Assembly: GCA_963821235.1 (NCBI GenBank)
Contig: CAWGCS010000001.1
Coordinates: 2,390,624 to 2,454,623, forward strand
DNA length: 64,000 bases
DNA from: an uncultured Chloroflexia bacterium
GTDB taxonomy: Bacteria > Chloroflexota > Limnocylindria > Limnocylindrales > CSP1-4
Direction: 5' to 3'
Part shown: positions 47,118 through 55,767 of the stretch, in pieces
How positions within the stretch are numbered: the stretch's first letter is position 1
How the letters are laid out: every line of letters starts with the position of its first letter
Notes under the pieces: model-generated
The model's database searches: none
The model's input: only the letters and a program-made list of their open reading frames with translations
What the model was told of the DNA's origin: nothing
Program-made: the position numbers and the translations under genes

Positions 47118-47534
47118 ATGACCAGTCCCCGCACCACCGGCGTCTGGATCTCCGCGAACTCGGCGACCGTGTTGCGCTGGAGCCCTGAGCTCACCGTGCG
47201 CCATCGCATCGACTCCACGGTCCCCGGCCGGCACCGCTCGACGGGACGGCCGCCCACCGAGAAGCACCCGGCCGGCGAGGGCCATCGCGACGAGCACATG
47301 CGGACCTTCTTCGTCCATGTCAGCCAGGTGCTGCCGGTCGACGACGACCTGCTGCTGATCGGTGACGGCGAGGTGGTCGAGCACTTCGCCGAGCAGGTCC
47401 GCACCGATGACGACAGCCACGGCCGCAGGCGACGGATCGAGGTCGAGAAGGGCGGCCCACTCACCGAGCGCCAGCTGCTCGCCCGGATCCGCACCTTCGC
47501 CGGATTGCCGGCCAGACGCCAGCTGCCCCGCTGA
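47118..47534 (+). CDS. hypothetical protein, possibly host-attachment / eRF1-like (baeRF) fold
   Basis: 138 aa; RBS GGAAAGGAAGGA. The pattern TGVWISANSATVLRW...FFVHVSQVL...DLLLIGDGEVVEHF recalls Host_attach proteins. Weak assignment. Confidence 0.5.
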   Translation: MTSPRTTGVWISANSATVLRWSPELTVRHRIDSTVPGRHRSTGRPPTEKHPAGEGHRDEHMRTFFVHVSQVLPVDDDLLLIGDGEVVEHFAEQVRTDDDSHGRRRRIEVEKGGPLTERQLLARIRTFAGLPARRQLPR

Positions 47535-47625
47535 CCGCGAAGGCTCGAAGGCGCCAGACGCGCGGCACGGCTCGTCCGCGGGCCAGGCCCGTTGACATGC
47601 TCAATCCCCGGATCGCGGCCGGAGA

Positions 47626-47988
47626 TCAGCGACTGGGCGAGAGGATCTCGATCCGGTTCCCGAACGGGTCGCTCGTGTAGAAGCGGTCGTAGCCGGGAAG
47701 CGGTTCGTCCAGGATGATCGGGCAGCCCGCCGCGGCCAGACGATCACGGAGGTCCGGGAGGTCGTCGACGAGGAACGCCGGGTGGGCCTTGCGGGCGGGG
47801 ACGAACGGATCGTCGATCCCCAGATGGATCTCGACCGCGGTGGAGCGGAACCAGCAGCCACCGCGGCGCTCGAGGTTCGGCGGCTTCCGCACGCGGGGGA
47901 TGCCGAGGACGACCTCATAGAACGCCTCGGCCTCGGCCTCCTGCCCGGGCGGCATCGCCAGCTGGACGTGGTGGATGGCTCCGATCAT
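47626..47988 (-). CDS. VOC (glyoxalase/bleomycin resistance/dioxygenase) family protein
   Basis: 120 aa: IHHVQLAMPPG...AFYEVVLG...HPAFLVDDL...DPFGNRIEI. Confidence 0.85.
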   Translation of the reverse strand: MIGAIHHVQLAMPPGQEAEAEAFYEVVLGIPRVRKPPNLERRGGCWFRSTAVEIHLGIDDPFVPARKAHPAFLVDDLPDLRDRLAAAGCPIILDEPLPGYDRFYTSDPFGNRIEILSPSR

Positions 47989-48176
47989 CGAGCGACCTTA
48001 CCCCACCGGCGGGCTCTGCCGATCGGTTCTTGCCCGCGACCCTCCTGGGACAGAGAGTTGGCGAGACCGTGGCGCGTGCCGCGACATTGGCGAAGTCTCG
48101 GTCGCCGGCTCGGATCAGCCCGCCCTGCCGCGAGGCCCCCGGGACGGTCCGGGTGGACCAAGGAGGCAACCCTGCC

Positions 48177-48635
48177 TCAGGGAGCCCACTCGGAGAGGGA
48201 CAGCCACTTCCCGTCCGCGCAGACGCCGGGCGGGATGACCGCCACGACCTCCTCGCCGGCCCGGGCGCGGATCGGGCTGTCGGTGCACTGAGTCGAGGAA
48301 TCGTCGACGAATTCGAGGCGGAAGCGCTCAGTCTTCGTTGGCGCGATCGCCATCCTGTACGCCATCGAGCGCTGGAGGGTCTCCACGCCATCGACCTCGT
48401 ACCAGATCTGGACCTCCCGGTCGGTGTCGTTGACGATCCAGATGCCGGCGCCCTTGTCGCTCTCGACGCAGCCGGCCAGCCAGGCCGCCGCCAGGAGGCA
48501 GGCGACGATGGTCGCGGCCAGGCGCCGGCGGCTTGACGGGCCCGACGACCGCTGGCGGATCACACCCACGATTGGACGTCGACGTCGCCAGCGGCGACGA
48601 GGGGCCGCCACGAGTGCGGCGATGGATCCTGCCAT
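48177..48635 (-). CDS. small lipoprotein, distant paralog of the 55.4-58.1 kb lipoprotein family
   Basis: Arg-rich N-terminus and lipobox AWLAGC. Then IWIVNDTDREVQIWYEVDGVE...C...PPGVC, matching the I.I.N.T..V.V.Y.VDGVE...C...PPPVC pattern of the three tandem copies. Confidence 0.7.
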   Translation of the reverse strand: MAGSIAALVAAPRRRWRRRRPIVGVIRQRSSGPSSRRRLAATIVACLLAAAWLAGCVESDKGAGIWIVNDTDREVQIWYEVDGVETLQRSMAYRMAIAPTKTERFRLEFVDDSSTQCTDSPIRARAGEEVVAVIPPGVCADGKWLSLSEWAP

Positions 48636-48716
48636 CGCCACACGATACGTCGGTGCTGCGGCACTTCGGAGCGTCGGCGGTGATGACCCGTCGCAGGGAC
48701 GCACCGCCAGCACCGT

Positions 48717-48752
48717 ACCGCGCCGACGGGATAGACCGCGCCGACGGGATAG
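48717..48752. repeat. perfect 18-bp tandem duplication ACCGCGCCGACGGGATAG x2
   Basis: Read directly: 48717..48734 equals 48735..48752. Lies 82-117 nt upstream of the lipoprotein ATG (48635, minus strand) and downstream of the EAL gene stop. Confidence 0.9.
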
Positions 48753-48858
48753 GAAGCGGCAGACGAACGCGACGGCGTGCCCTGCCGGCTGCACGGCCGC
48801 CGGAAACCCACACGGGCCCCCGCGCGAACCTCACCGTCACAGGCGCCGCCGGCTTGGG

Positions 48859-51411
48859 TCAGGCGGGCCCCTCGACACTGCCGGGAGCGGGTTCCGGGTG
48901 TCCGAGCAGGTAGCCCTGCCCGAGGGGGACGCCCAGCTCCCGAAGCATGTCGAGCTCGGCCTGCTCCTCGATGCCCTCGGCGATCACCTCGCACCGGACG
49001 CGCTGGGCGAACTGGGTGAGGCCGGCGACCATGGCCTGGCGCGTCGGGTCGCGATCCACGTTCCGCACAAGGCTGAGGTCGAGCTTGAGGAACTGCGGCC
49101 GGAGCTCCACCACGTGGCGCAGGCTCGCGAAGCCTGCCCCGGCGTCATCGACGGCGAGGCTGACCGTCCGGCCGAGGCGGGCGAGGGCCTGGCGAACCGC
49201 CCGGTAGTCGTCGATCTCGACGTGCTCGGTCACCTCGAGCACGATCCCACGCGACCGACCGCGAAGGAGCATCGCGAGCTCTTCCGCGTGGAGGATCACG
49301 TCCGGTGAGACGTTCAGGCTGAGCCAGCAGTGGGGCGGGAGGGCCTCGGAGGCGGCCAGCGCCGCCGCCAGCGTGGCGAGCTCGAGCTCGCGACCCAGAC
49401 CGACCGAGTGAGCCTCGGCAATCACGAGGTCGGGCCGCCGCCCGTCCGCGAAGCGCGTGAGCACCTCGTAGCCCATGGCTTGGGTCGAGGCCAGCGCGAA
49501 GATCGGCTGGAAGACCGGGCTGAAGCTGCGGTCGGCCAGGACCCGGCTGATCCGTCCCTTCATGAGATCGGATCGGTGGCCCCCCTCGAGGTGGGAGCTC
49601 AGGAGCGCGCTTGCCGTCGCGGCGAACTCGCCGACAGCCGGGAGGTGGTCGATCATGTGGCGGGCATACGCCTCGTCGCGCGTCCCGGCGGCGACGAGGC
49701 CGAGGAGGCCCTCTCCGTTGCGGATCGGTGCGTAGGCGGCGGCCTTGAGGCCGAGCCTCGTCAGCGTGGTGCCATACAGCCCGTCCCCCGGCCGGGCGCG
49801 CCACGCTTCCGCCCACGGACCCTGCGAGGCCCGCCCGTAGAGGTAGCCGGCCCGGGAGGTGGGCAGGGCCCGGCCTCGATCGACCGGCAGCCCGTCGGGT
49901 CCGCCGAGGGCAAGGGCGACGGCTCTGCCGGGTTCGGTGAAGTCGAGGATTGCCGCGAAGTCGATCCCCGGCAGCGAGAACAGCTCGCCGCTGATGTCGG
50001 CCGCCGTCTCCTCGGCGGTCGGGCTGGGCTGGAGGCGGGCGAGGGCGGCCGCGACCTGCGCGCGTTCGCGGAACTCGGCGGCCAGGGCCGACTCGGCGGC
50101 CCGCTCGGCGGTGACGTCGCGCTTGACGGCGACGTAGCCCGACACGTCGCCGCCTGGGCCGCGGATCGGCGAGATCGTCGCCTCCTCCTCGTACAGGGTG
50201 CCGTCGTTGCGCCGGTTGATGAGCGGACCGGTCCAGCTCTGGCCGCGGGTCAGGCGGCGCCACAGGGCTCGGTAGAAGCCCGCGGACTGGCGACCGCTCT
50301 TGAGGATCCGCGGGTTCTGGCCGATGACCTCGGTGCGGCTGTAGCCGGAGATCCGCTCGAAGGCCGGGTTGACGTACTCGATCGCGCCCGAGAGATCGGA
50401 GACGATCACCGAGTCCGACGTCTGCTCCACCGCGGCGACGAGTCGCTCGCGCTCGGCCTGGAGCGTCCGATCCTGCGCCTCCAGGCGATGCATCTCGGTG
50501 ACGTCCGAGAAGAAGCCGACGAGGCACGGCAGGCCGTCGACCTCGACGGGCGACGACCTGATGTCCGCCAGGACCACGCGGCCGTCCTTGCGGAGGCAGG
50601 GGATCGATCGTGCCACGCCCGGGCCAGCGCGCATCGCATCGAACGCGTCGAGGACGGCCCGCAGCGCCTCGGGTGGATGGATGTCGCGGACCGTCAAGCG
50701 GACAAGCTCGTCGCGGGGGTAGCCGAGGAGCGCGGTCGCGGCCGCGTTCACCCACCGGAAGCGCGTCGTCGCCTGGTCAGCGATGAGGATCGCCTCGGAG
50801 GTCCCATCGAAGATCGTCGCGTAGCGGAGCTCGGACCGGGCCAGCGCTTCGAGCGCCCACCGCTGCTCGGTGATGTCGACGATGGTGCCGAGCATCCGGA
50901 TCGGTCGCCCCGATCCGTCGAGCTCCAGGCGTCCGCGCCCCTGGACCCAGCGCTCCGCGGCGGTGTCCGCCCGAACGATCCGGTACTCGCGGTCGAATGC
51001 CTGGCCGCGAGCGACGACCTCGTCGGCGAAGTAGGCGAGCATCCCTGCGCGGTCGTCCGGGTGCACGAGCGCTCCCCAACCCGCCACCGACCGGTCGTAG
51101 GCGGCGTCGAGCCCGAAGATCGCGTCGAGGCCCGGAGAGCTCACCCAGCGACCCGATCCGATGTCGAGAGAGTACGATCCGAGCCTGGCGACGGACTCGA
51201 TCTCGTCGACCAGCAGGCCGTCCGGCGGAGCACTCGGCTCGGGAAGCGTCACATGTCGCGACTTCGCGACGGACCGCCCGAGACGCGCCCTCCCTGCCAC
51301 CTGCCAACTCCCCTGCCGTGGGGCGGCGCCCGTCAGGTGAGTCGAGCCTGTTGCCTCGACTTGCCCATGGGACGCGGCCATCGGGTACCCGTTCGCTGGT
51401 TCCTGCGGCAC
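48859..51411 (-). CDS. multi-PAS/GAF sensor protein with C-terminal EAL (c-di-GMP phosphodiesterase) domain
   Basis: Repeated PAS/PAC blocks (..DITEQR.., ..DVTEMHRLE.., ..KRDVTAERAAE..). EAL domain with GYEVLTRF, DDAGAGFASL, LKLDLSLVR and EGIEEQAEL. No GGDEF domain. The exact start is uncertain. Confidence 0.9.
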   Translation of the reverse strand: MPQEPANGYPMAASHGQVEATGSTHLTGAAPRQGSWQVAGRARLGRSVAKSRHVTLPEPSAPPDGLLVDEIESVARLGSYSLDIGSGRWVSSPGLDAIFGLDAAYDRSVAGWGALVHPDDRAGMLAYFADEVVARGQAFDREYRIVRADTAAERWVQGRGRLELDGSGRPIRMLGTIVDITEQRWALEALARSELRYATIFDGTSEAILIADQATTRFRWVNAAATALLGYPRDELVRLTVRDIHPPEALRAVLDAFDAMRAGPGVARSIPCLRKDGRVVLADIRSSPVEVDGLPCLVGFFSDVTEMHRLEAQDRTLQAERERLVAAVEQTSDSVIVSDLSGAIEYVNPAFERISGYSRTEVIGQNPRILKSGRQSAGFYRALWRRLTRGQSWTGPLINRRNDGTLYEEEATISPIRGPGGDVSGYVAVKRDVTAERAAESALAAEFRERAQVAAALARLQPSPTAEETAADISGELFSLPGIDFAAILDFTEPGRAVALALGGPDGLPVDRGRALPTSRAGYLYGRASQGPWAEAWRARPGDGLYGTTLTRLGLKAAAYAPIRNGEGLLGLVAAGTRDEAYARHMIDHLPAVGEFAATASALLSSHLEGGHRSDLMKGRISRVLADRSFSPVFQPIFALASTQAMGYEVLTRFADGRRPDLVIAEAHSVGLGRELELATLAAALAASEALPPHCWLSLNVSPDVILHAEELAMLLRGRSRGIVLEVTEHVEIDDYRAVRQALARLGRTVSLAVDDAGAGFASLRHVVELRPQFLKLDLSLVRNVDRDPTRQAMVAGLTQFAQRVRCEVIAEGIEEQAELDMLRELGVPLGQGYLLGHPEPAPGSVEGPA

Positions 51412-51781
51412 CCGCGGCCATCATTCGGGTCGACCCGGCGGACGGACCACGGTACGAATGGGCCAGCCGGCGTGAGCCGAACGTCCCGCGCAAGCCTCAA
51501 CCCGGGTCCGGCTGGGGTCCCTACGCATACGGACAACCCGGGGGTCAGCGCCAGCCGAGCTCGTCAGCGAGCGCGATGAGTCCCTCGGTGAGCTTCGGTC
51601 TGCCGCCGTTGGCCGGATGACGCAGCACCCTCATCCCCGGCGGCAGAATGCGCCTCGCGGATTGCCCGATTGCCGCGATCGTGCCCCGGCAAGCGGGCCT
51701 AGCGGCTGGCAGCCAAAGCCCGCCCGGGGCGGCCGCCACCTCGGTTCTGGCAACACAATCGCGAGGCCCGGGTCGCGGGCC

Positions 51782-51988
51782 TCATGCCCCGATTCGAGGA
51801 GTGCGCCGCCCGGTCTTCGGACAGGCGCCCTCGATGCTGCGCATGGAGCGACGACGCACCCGGCTGTGCGGATCCTCAGGGCTCGGAAGGTCGGACGGCC
51901 ACGGCAGATCCGGAACCACCTTGACCTCATTGCTGATGGGGTTGTCCGGGGGATCCGGACGCTGCGACGACGGCTTCTCGACGGGCAT
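51782..51988 (-). CDS. possible small Pro-rich protein (68 aa)
   Basis: ATG 51988 lies 17 nt after the stop of the 3-TM gene, with a weak RBS (GAGAGG) and moderate GC3. No family recognised. Confidence 0.3.
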   Translation of the reverse strand: MPVEKPSSQRPDPPDNPISNEVKVVPDLPWPSDLPSPEDPHSRVRRRSMRSIEGACPKTGRRTPRIGA

Positions 51989-52004
51989 CGGGTGAACCTC
52001 TCGC

Positions 52005-52508
52005 TCAGGCGGCAGGGGCGGTCGGCACGAAGGCACCGACCGCGATCATCAGAGCGACGCAGGCCACGGCCCCGACGAAGAGGAAGATCCCGAGCCGGAG
52101 CCGCAGCTGTCTGGCCGCGAGGTAGCTCGTGTTGCTGTCGCGCGCGCCGGCGAGCGATCGAGCCATCGACCGTCGGAAGGTGACCCGGTCGTGGTTGTCG
52201 GCGAGGTCGATGGCTCCTCGAAGGTCGGTCCCGTAGGACGCTCCCGAGCGGGGCCAGATCGCGAAGGCGAAGAAGCCAGCCGAGAGGATGGCCAGCGTGG
52301 CCGCGGCGACCGCGGCCACCCATCGCTCGGGTCGGTCGAAGTTGAGATCTCCGAAGATGCCGGCCACCCCGGTCACGCCGCCGATGACCCCCAGGAAGGC
52401 GGCGGCTCGCCCGTCGATCTCCGACGCCGTGACCATCTGCTGGTCGATCTGGCGACGGGCCTCGTCGATGACCCAGTCGGCGTTGGCGTAGACGTCGTCA
52501 TCGGTCAT
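52005..52508 (-). CDS. 3-TM membrane protein, DUF5706/Pycsar-effector-like or SLATT-like (tentative)
   Basis: 167 aa. N-terminal cytoplasmic helix (ARRQIDQQMVTASEIDGRAAAF), two adjacent TM helices, an approximately 45-aa loop and a third TM helix. RBS GAGGTGA. Family call from memory of the architecture only. Confidence 0.6.
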   Translation of the reverse strand: MTDDDVYANADWVIDEARRQIDQQMVTASEIDGRAAAFLGVIGGVTGVAGIFGDLNFDRPERWVAAVAAATLAILSAGFFAFAIWPRSGASYGTDLRGAIDLADNHDRVTFRRSMARSLAGARDSNTSYLAARQLRLRLGIFLFVGAVACVALMIAVGAFVPTAPAA

Positions 52509-52634
52509 GGATCACCTCGCGCCTCTGGCCACAACCCTCTCTCCCAGTGTCCGGGTCTGGTGCAGGTCATCGGCCTCGGTCGACCCGGCGACGTCGGCGG
52601 CGAGCCCGGATCGCGAGACCTGGCAGACGGGTTC

Positions 52635-53123
52635 CTACGGCTCCACGATCCTCGGAAGACGCTTGGACTCCTCGATCCAGCGCGCGACGACCCTCGTCGA
52701 CGGCGCCCGGCGAACGAGGCCCGGTCGGGTTGTCACGACCTCCTCGATGGTGGCGGCGAGCTTCTTCGCGTCGCGCCGGGAGAGCTCCGAAGTCGAGCCG
52801 ACGCCAGCGGCCTCGAGCAGATCGGCGAACTCGGAGCCGATGCCCTTGACCCGCATCAGATCGGCGCGACTCACCCAGTCGAGGATCGTGCGGCCATCGA
52901 TGCCGGTGGCCTCGGCGAGGGTCGCCCGGCCGGCCCGGGTCGCGCCCCTCCGAAGCAGCTGTACGTGGGTCTTCACGCCGGCCGCCCAGAGCCTCTCGCT
53001 GAACGCGGGTCCCACACCCTCGATGTCCCGACCCATCCCGCGACCAGAGAATCGGACATCGATGCTGGGCGGGTTCTCGGGGGGGTCCGTTGGCTCCGGC
53101 GGCGGCGGCTTCCTTGGGGTCAT
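52635..53123 (-). CDS. DUF4332 domain protein (HhH-like repeats)
   Basis: 162 aa. Pro-rich N-terminus, then IEGVGPAFSERLWAAGV...LMRVKGIGSEFADLLEAAGV, typical of DUF4332. Start at ATG 53123. Confidence 0.8.
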   Translation of the reverse strand: MTPRKPPPPEPTDPPENPPSIDVRFSGRGMGRDIEGVGPAFSERLWAAGVKTHVQLLRRGATRAGRATLAEATGIDGRTILDWVSRADLMRVKGIGSEFADLLEAAGVGSTSELSRRDAKKLAATIEEVVTTRPGLVRRAPSTRVVARWIEESKRLPRIVEP

Positions 53124-53130
53124 CGGTGAG

Positions 53131-53273
53131 CCCCCCGCTCTCTGCCGGCTCGACGGCCGGTCACGCCATCGGCTCGGCGCGAGCCCGCTGGGGTGTGGAC
53201 CACGCGGCAGCCTCCCATCAATCGGCTCACTATTGGACCCAGAACCCGCCTCTGGCGAGAGGCCAACGGCCCC
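53131..53273 (-). repeat. conserved intergenic element, copy C
   Basis: Shares the blocks GGCTCGGCGCG, GGGGTGTGG and AGCCTCCCA with copy A, plus the perfect 22-mer CTGGCGAGAGGCCAACGGCCCC (53252..53273). Lies directly upstream of the DUF4332 ATG. Confidence 0.7.
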
Positions 53274-53422
53274 AAGGCGCGCTAGGTGGAGCCAGCCGGC
53301 CGAGGCGGGGTCGTCCTCCGTCCCGGGAGTAGGCGCCGGAGCCGCGACAACCGCCTGCCGCTCGCCCGCCGCTCCCCCCTCCACGCCGCGTGGACGGCCG
53401 CATGTCATGCGACACTCAACGG

Positions 53423-54130
53423 ATGGCGCGCTTCCGCTACGACCCTGCGGTCCTGCAGCGCTTTCCGGACGTGGTCAGCGGCGTCATCCACGCAACCGGC
53501 GTCACGAATGGCCCCACGCCACCGGGCCTCGCCGAGGCGTTCCACGCCGAGTCGTTCGCCGTCCGCGCGCGTATTGGCGAGACGCCACTGAGCGAGCTGC
53601 CGACGTTGGCCGCGTGGCGCCGGGTCTTCCGCGGGTTCGGCGTCGACCCGACCCAGTACCGCTGCGCGGCCGAGGCCCTGCTCCGCCGTCTGACCAAGCA
53701 AGGCGAGCTACCTTCGATTAGCACGCTCGTGGACCTCGCGAACCTCGTGAGCATCAGGCACGCACTGCCCGTCGCAGTGTTCGATCAGCGGTTCGTGGTC
53801 CGCAGCACGACCGTCCGGTTCGCTCGCGGCGACGAGCGCTGGACGGACCTCGGCTCAAGTGCCGCGCAGCACCCCGAGCCGGGCGAGGTGATCTTCGCCG
53901 ACGAAGCCGACGTGGTGAGGGCTCGCCGGTGGTGCTGGCGACAGAGTGCGGTGAGCGAAGCGCGCTCCGACACCACGGAGATCCTCGTCACGGTGGAAGG
54001 GCACCACAGGACAGCCTCGGACGACGTCGCCCGGGCCCTCGCTGAGCTGGAGTCGCACCTCGCCGCCTACGCCGGCCCGGACATCATCCGGGCCGCGATC
54101 CTGACCGCCCGCTCCCCGAGTTTCGAGTAG
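53423..54130 (+). CDS. B3/B4 tRNA-binding-domain protein
   Basis: 235 aa: FRYDPAVLQRFPDV...WRRVFRGFGVDPTQYRCAAEALLRRL...PSISTLVDLANLVSIRHALPVAVFD, matching the standalone B3_4 family pattern. Confidence 0.75.
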   Translation: MARFRYDPAVLQRFPDVVSGVIHATGVTNGPTPPGLAEAFHAESFAVRARIGETPLSELPTLAAWRRVFRGFGVDPTQYRCAAEALLRRLTKQGELPSISTLVDLANLVSIRHALPVAVFDQRFVVRSTTVRFARGDERWTDLGSSAAQHPEPGEVIFADEADVVRARRWCWRQSAVSEARSDTTEILVTVEGHHRTASDDVARALAELESHLAAYAGPDIIRAAILTARSPSFE

Positions 54131-54162
54131 TGGGCAAGGAACGTCGTACTGGGGCGGCATCG

Positions 54163-54693
54163 ATGGTCGAACCTCCCGCCCTCCGCCCGCCCGGACCCCC
54201 CGATGCCCCGGCGGTTGCCGAGCTTCACTACCGCAGCTGGATTGCCACCTACGGTCCCCTGCTGCCGCGAGACCAGGCAGCACGCCTGACGCTGGCCGAG
54301 CGCGTCGAACACTGGGAACGGCTCCTCAGCGAGCACTCTGCCGATCGCGGGTCGCTTGTGGCCGAACGAGAGGGCCGGATCGTCGGGCTCGTGGAGTGGG
54401 AGATCGGACCCGATGGTGACCCGGCCGTCGGCGAGGTCCACGCGATCCACGTCGCCCCCGAAGATCGCGGCCGCGGAACTGGCAAGGTCCTCCTGGTCGC
54501 GGCGGTCCAGGCGATGCACTCGCTCGGAGTGCGCCGCGCGGTCCTCTGGGTTCTCGAAGGCAACACGACGGCCCGGCGCTTCTACGAGCGCCAAGGGTGG
54601 GTGTCGGATGGCACCCGCATCGAGCGGTCCCTCGGAGGCTTCGCGGACTTCCCGACCGTGATCGAGATCCGCTACGCCCTCGACGTCGCGTGA
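54163..54693 (+). CDS. GNAT family N-acetyltransferase
   Basis: IHVAPEDRGRGTGKVLLVAAV...ARRFYERQGW acetyl-CoA binding motif. Start at ATG 54163 (the track ORF starts at 54130). Confidence 0.85.
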   Translation: MVEPPALRPPGPPDAPAVAELHYRSWIATYGPLLPRDQAARLTLAERVEHWERLLSEHSADRGSLVAEREGRIVGLVEWEIGPDGDPAVGEVHAIHVAPEDRGRGTGKVLLVAAVQAMHSLGVRRAVLWVLEGNTTARRFYERQGWVSDGTRIERSLGGFADFPTVIEIRYALDVA

Positions 54694-54907
54694 CCTTGCG
54701 AGGCGCCACCCTCACGCTGCGCACGCCGCCCGAGCAGGTGGCCAGCGAGCTTGCGTGACCGCATGAGTCCCGGCGCTGCCGCGCCGCCCGCGCGAACCCT
54801 CAACTTGCCCTGGCTGCGACTGGGGGCATCCGACAAGCGGCTGGGGGATCGCCGACAATGGGACGCGATGGACACAGGCCTTCCTCGCTGGGCCGGTCCA
54901 GGGGGCG

Positions 54908-55360
54908 GTGAACGATGGTGAGGGCAGCATCCCGGTGACTGGGGCCATTGGTGGAGCTGGTCTCGAAATCGGGGGCGGCATCGCCGGCGTCGAGGCCGTC
55001 GGCCGCTTCACCAACTGTGCGGGGCCCACCGAGTATCTCGTTGTCACCGGCGCCGAGCTGGTCGTCCTGGGCACGGACGGGCTGCTCGCGACGGCGGGCG
55101 CCCAGACCACCCTTGGTGGCTTCGATCCGTGTGAGCCCTGGATCCTTCAGCTCGGCTGGACAGCCTACGGGCAGCGCTCGATCAAAGCCTGGCAGGCCAC
55201 CGAGCCCGAGCCCGAGGTGGGTCTCGTCGTCGACCAGGTCTACTACCCCCAGAGCGGCCCAGACACATTGCGCCTCTTCACCCTCCCCGTATTCGGAGCC
55301 GGCGAGAATGACGCCGTGCTGATCGACCTCCTCAATGTCGACGTAGAGGGGCAGACATGA
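54908..55360 (+). CDS. hypothetical 150-aa protein, first gene of the repeated cassette (only intact copy)
   Basis: GTG start. Gly-rich N-terminus (GAIGGAGLEIGGGIAGVEAVG) and two Cys residues. ATGA overlap with the following lipoprotein gene. Codons are visibly less GC3-biased than in core genes. Confidence 0.55.
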   Translation: MNDGEGSIPVTGAIGGAGLEIGGGIAGVEAVGRFTNCAGPTEYLVVTGAELVVLGTDGLLATAGAQTTLGGFDPCEPWILQLGWTAYGQRSIKAWQATEPEPEVGLVVDQVYYPQSGPDTLRLFTLPVFGAGENDAVLIDLLNVDVEGQT

Positions 55361-55767
55361 CCAGAAGAGGAACCCCGACGATGATCGGCGAGCCTGTTCA
55401 CGGGCGGCGATCCCGGCGACGAGCAGCGGGCCGACGCTGGGCGATCGCGATCGTGGCCGCTGTGGCCCTTCTCGTGGCGGCCTGCGGGCCTGATTCGGGG
55501 ATCCGAGGCATCGTGATCACCAACAGCACGGAAGAGATCGTTCGGGTCACCTACGTGGTGGACGGGGTGGAGCGGCACCTGGAGGGCGAGCGCTACGGCG
55601 ACACCGTTCGCGACGGCAACAGCGCCGTCTACGAGTTCGATCTCTTCGACGCCTACAACTCCAAGCGATGCACGACCGGCGACATCGTCGTCCGCACGCT
55701 CAAGGGCCGCGAGGTCAAGCGCCTCCCTCCGCCGGTCTGCAACGGTACCCATATTGGACTCCACTAG
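55357..55767 (+). CDS. small lipoprotein, cassette copy 1
   Basis: Arg-rich N-terminus and lipobox LLVAACGP; two conserved Cys residues. An alternative, conserved start is MIGEP at 55381. Confidence 0.75.
   Translation: MTRRGTPTMIGEPVHGRRSRRRAAGRRWAIAIVAAVALLVAACGPDSGIRGIVITNSTEEIVRVTYVVDGVERHLEGERYGDTVRDGNSAVYEFDLFDAYNSKRCTTGDIVVRTLKGREVKRLPPPVCNGTHIGLH

Noticed and set aside
48029-48075. Possible fourth, degenerate copy of the conserved element (CTTGCCCG ... TTGGCGAGACCG), between the VOC gene and the lipoprotein gene.
   Set aside because: Only two short blocks (8 and 11-12 nt) match, with different spacing, and the hairpin core is missing. The orientation does not point at a gene start. 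This is compatible with chance in GC-rich DNA.
51545-51634. 29-codon minus-strand ORF MRVLRHPANGGRPKLTEGLIALADELGWR, reminiscent of the GRP(K)KLT helix-turn-helix start of resolvase or IS-transposase proteins. Possible mobile-element scar.
   Set aside because: Very short, with no adjoining recombinase or transposase sequence or inverted repeats. The similarity rests on a 6-residue motif.
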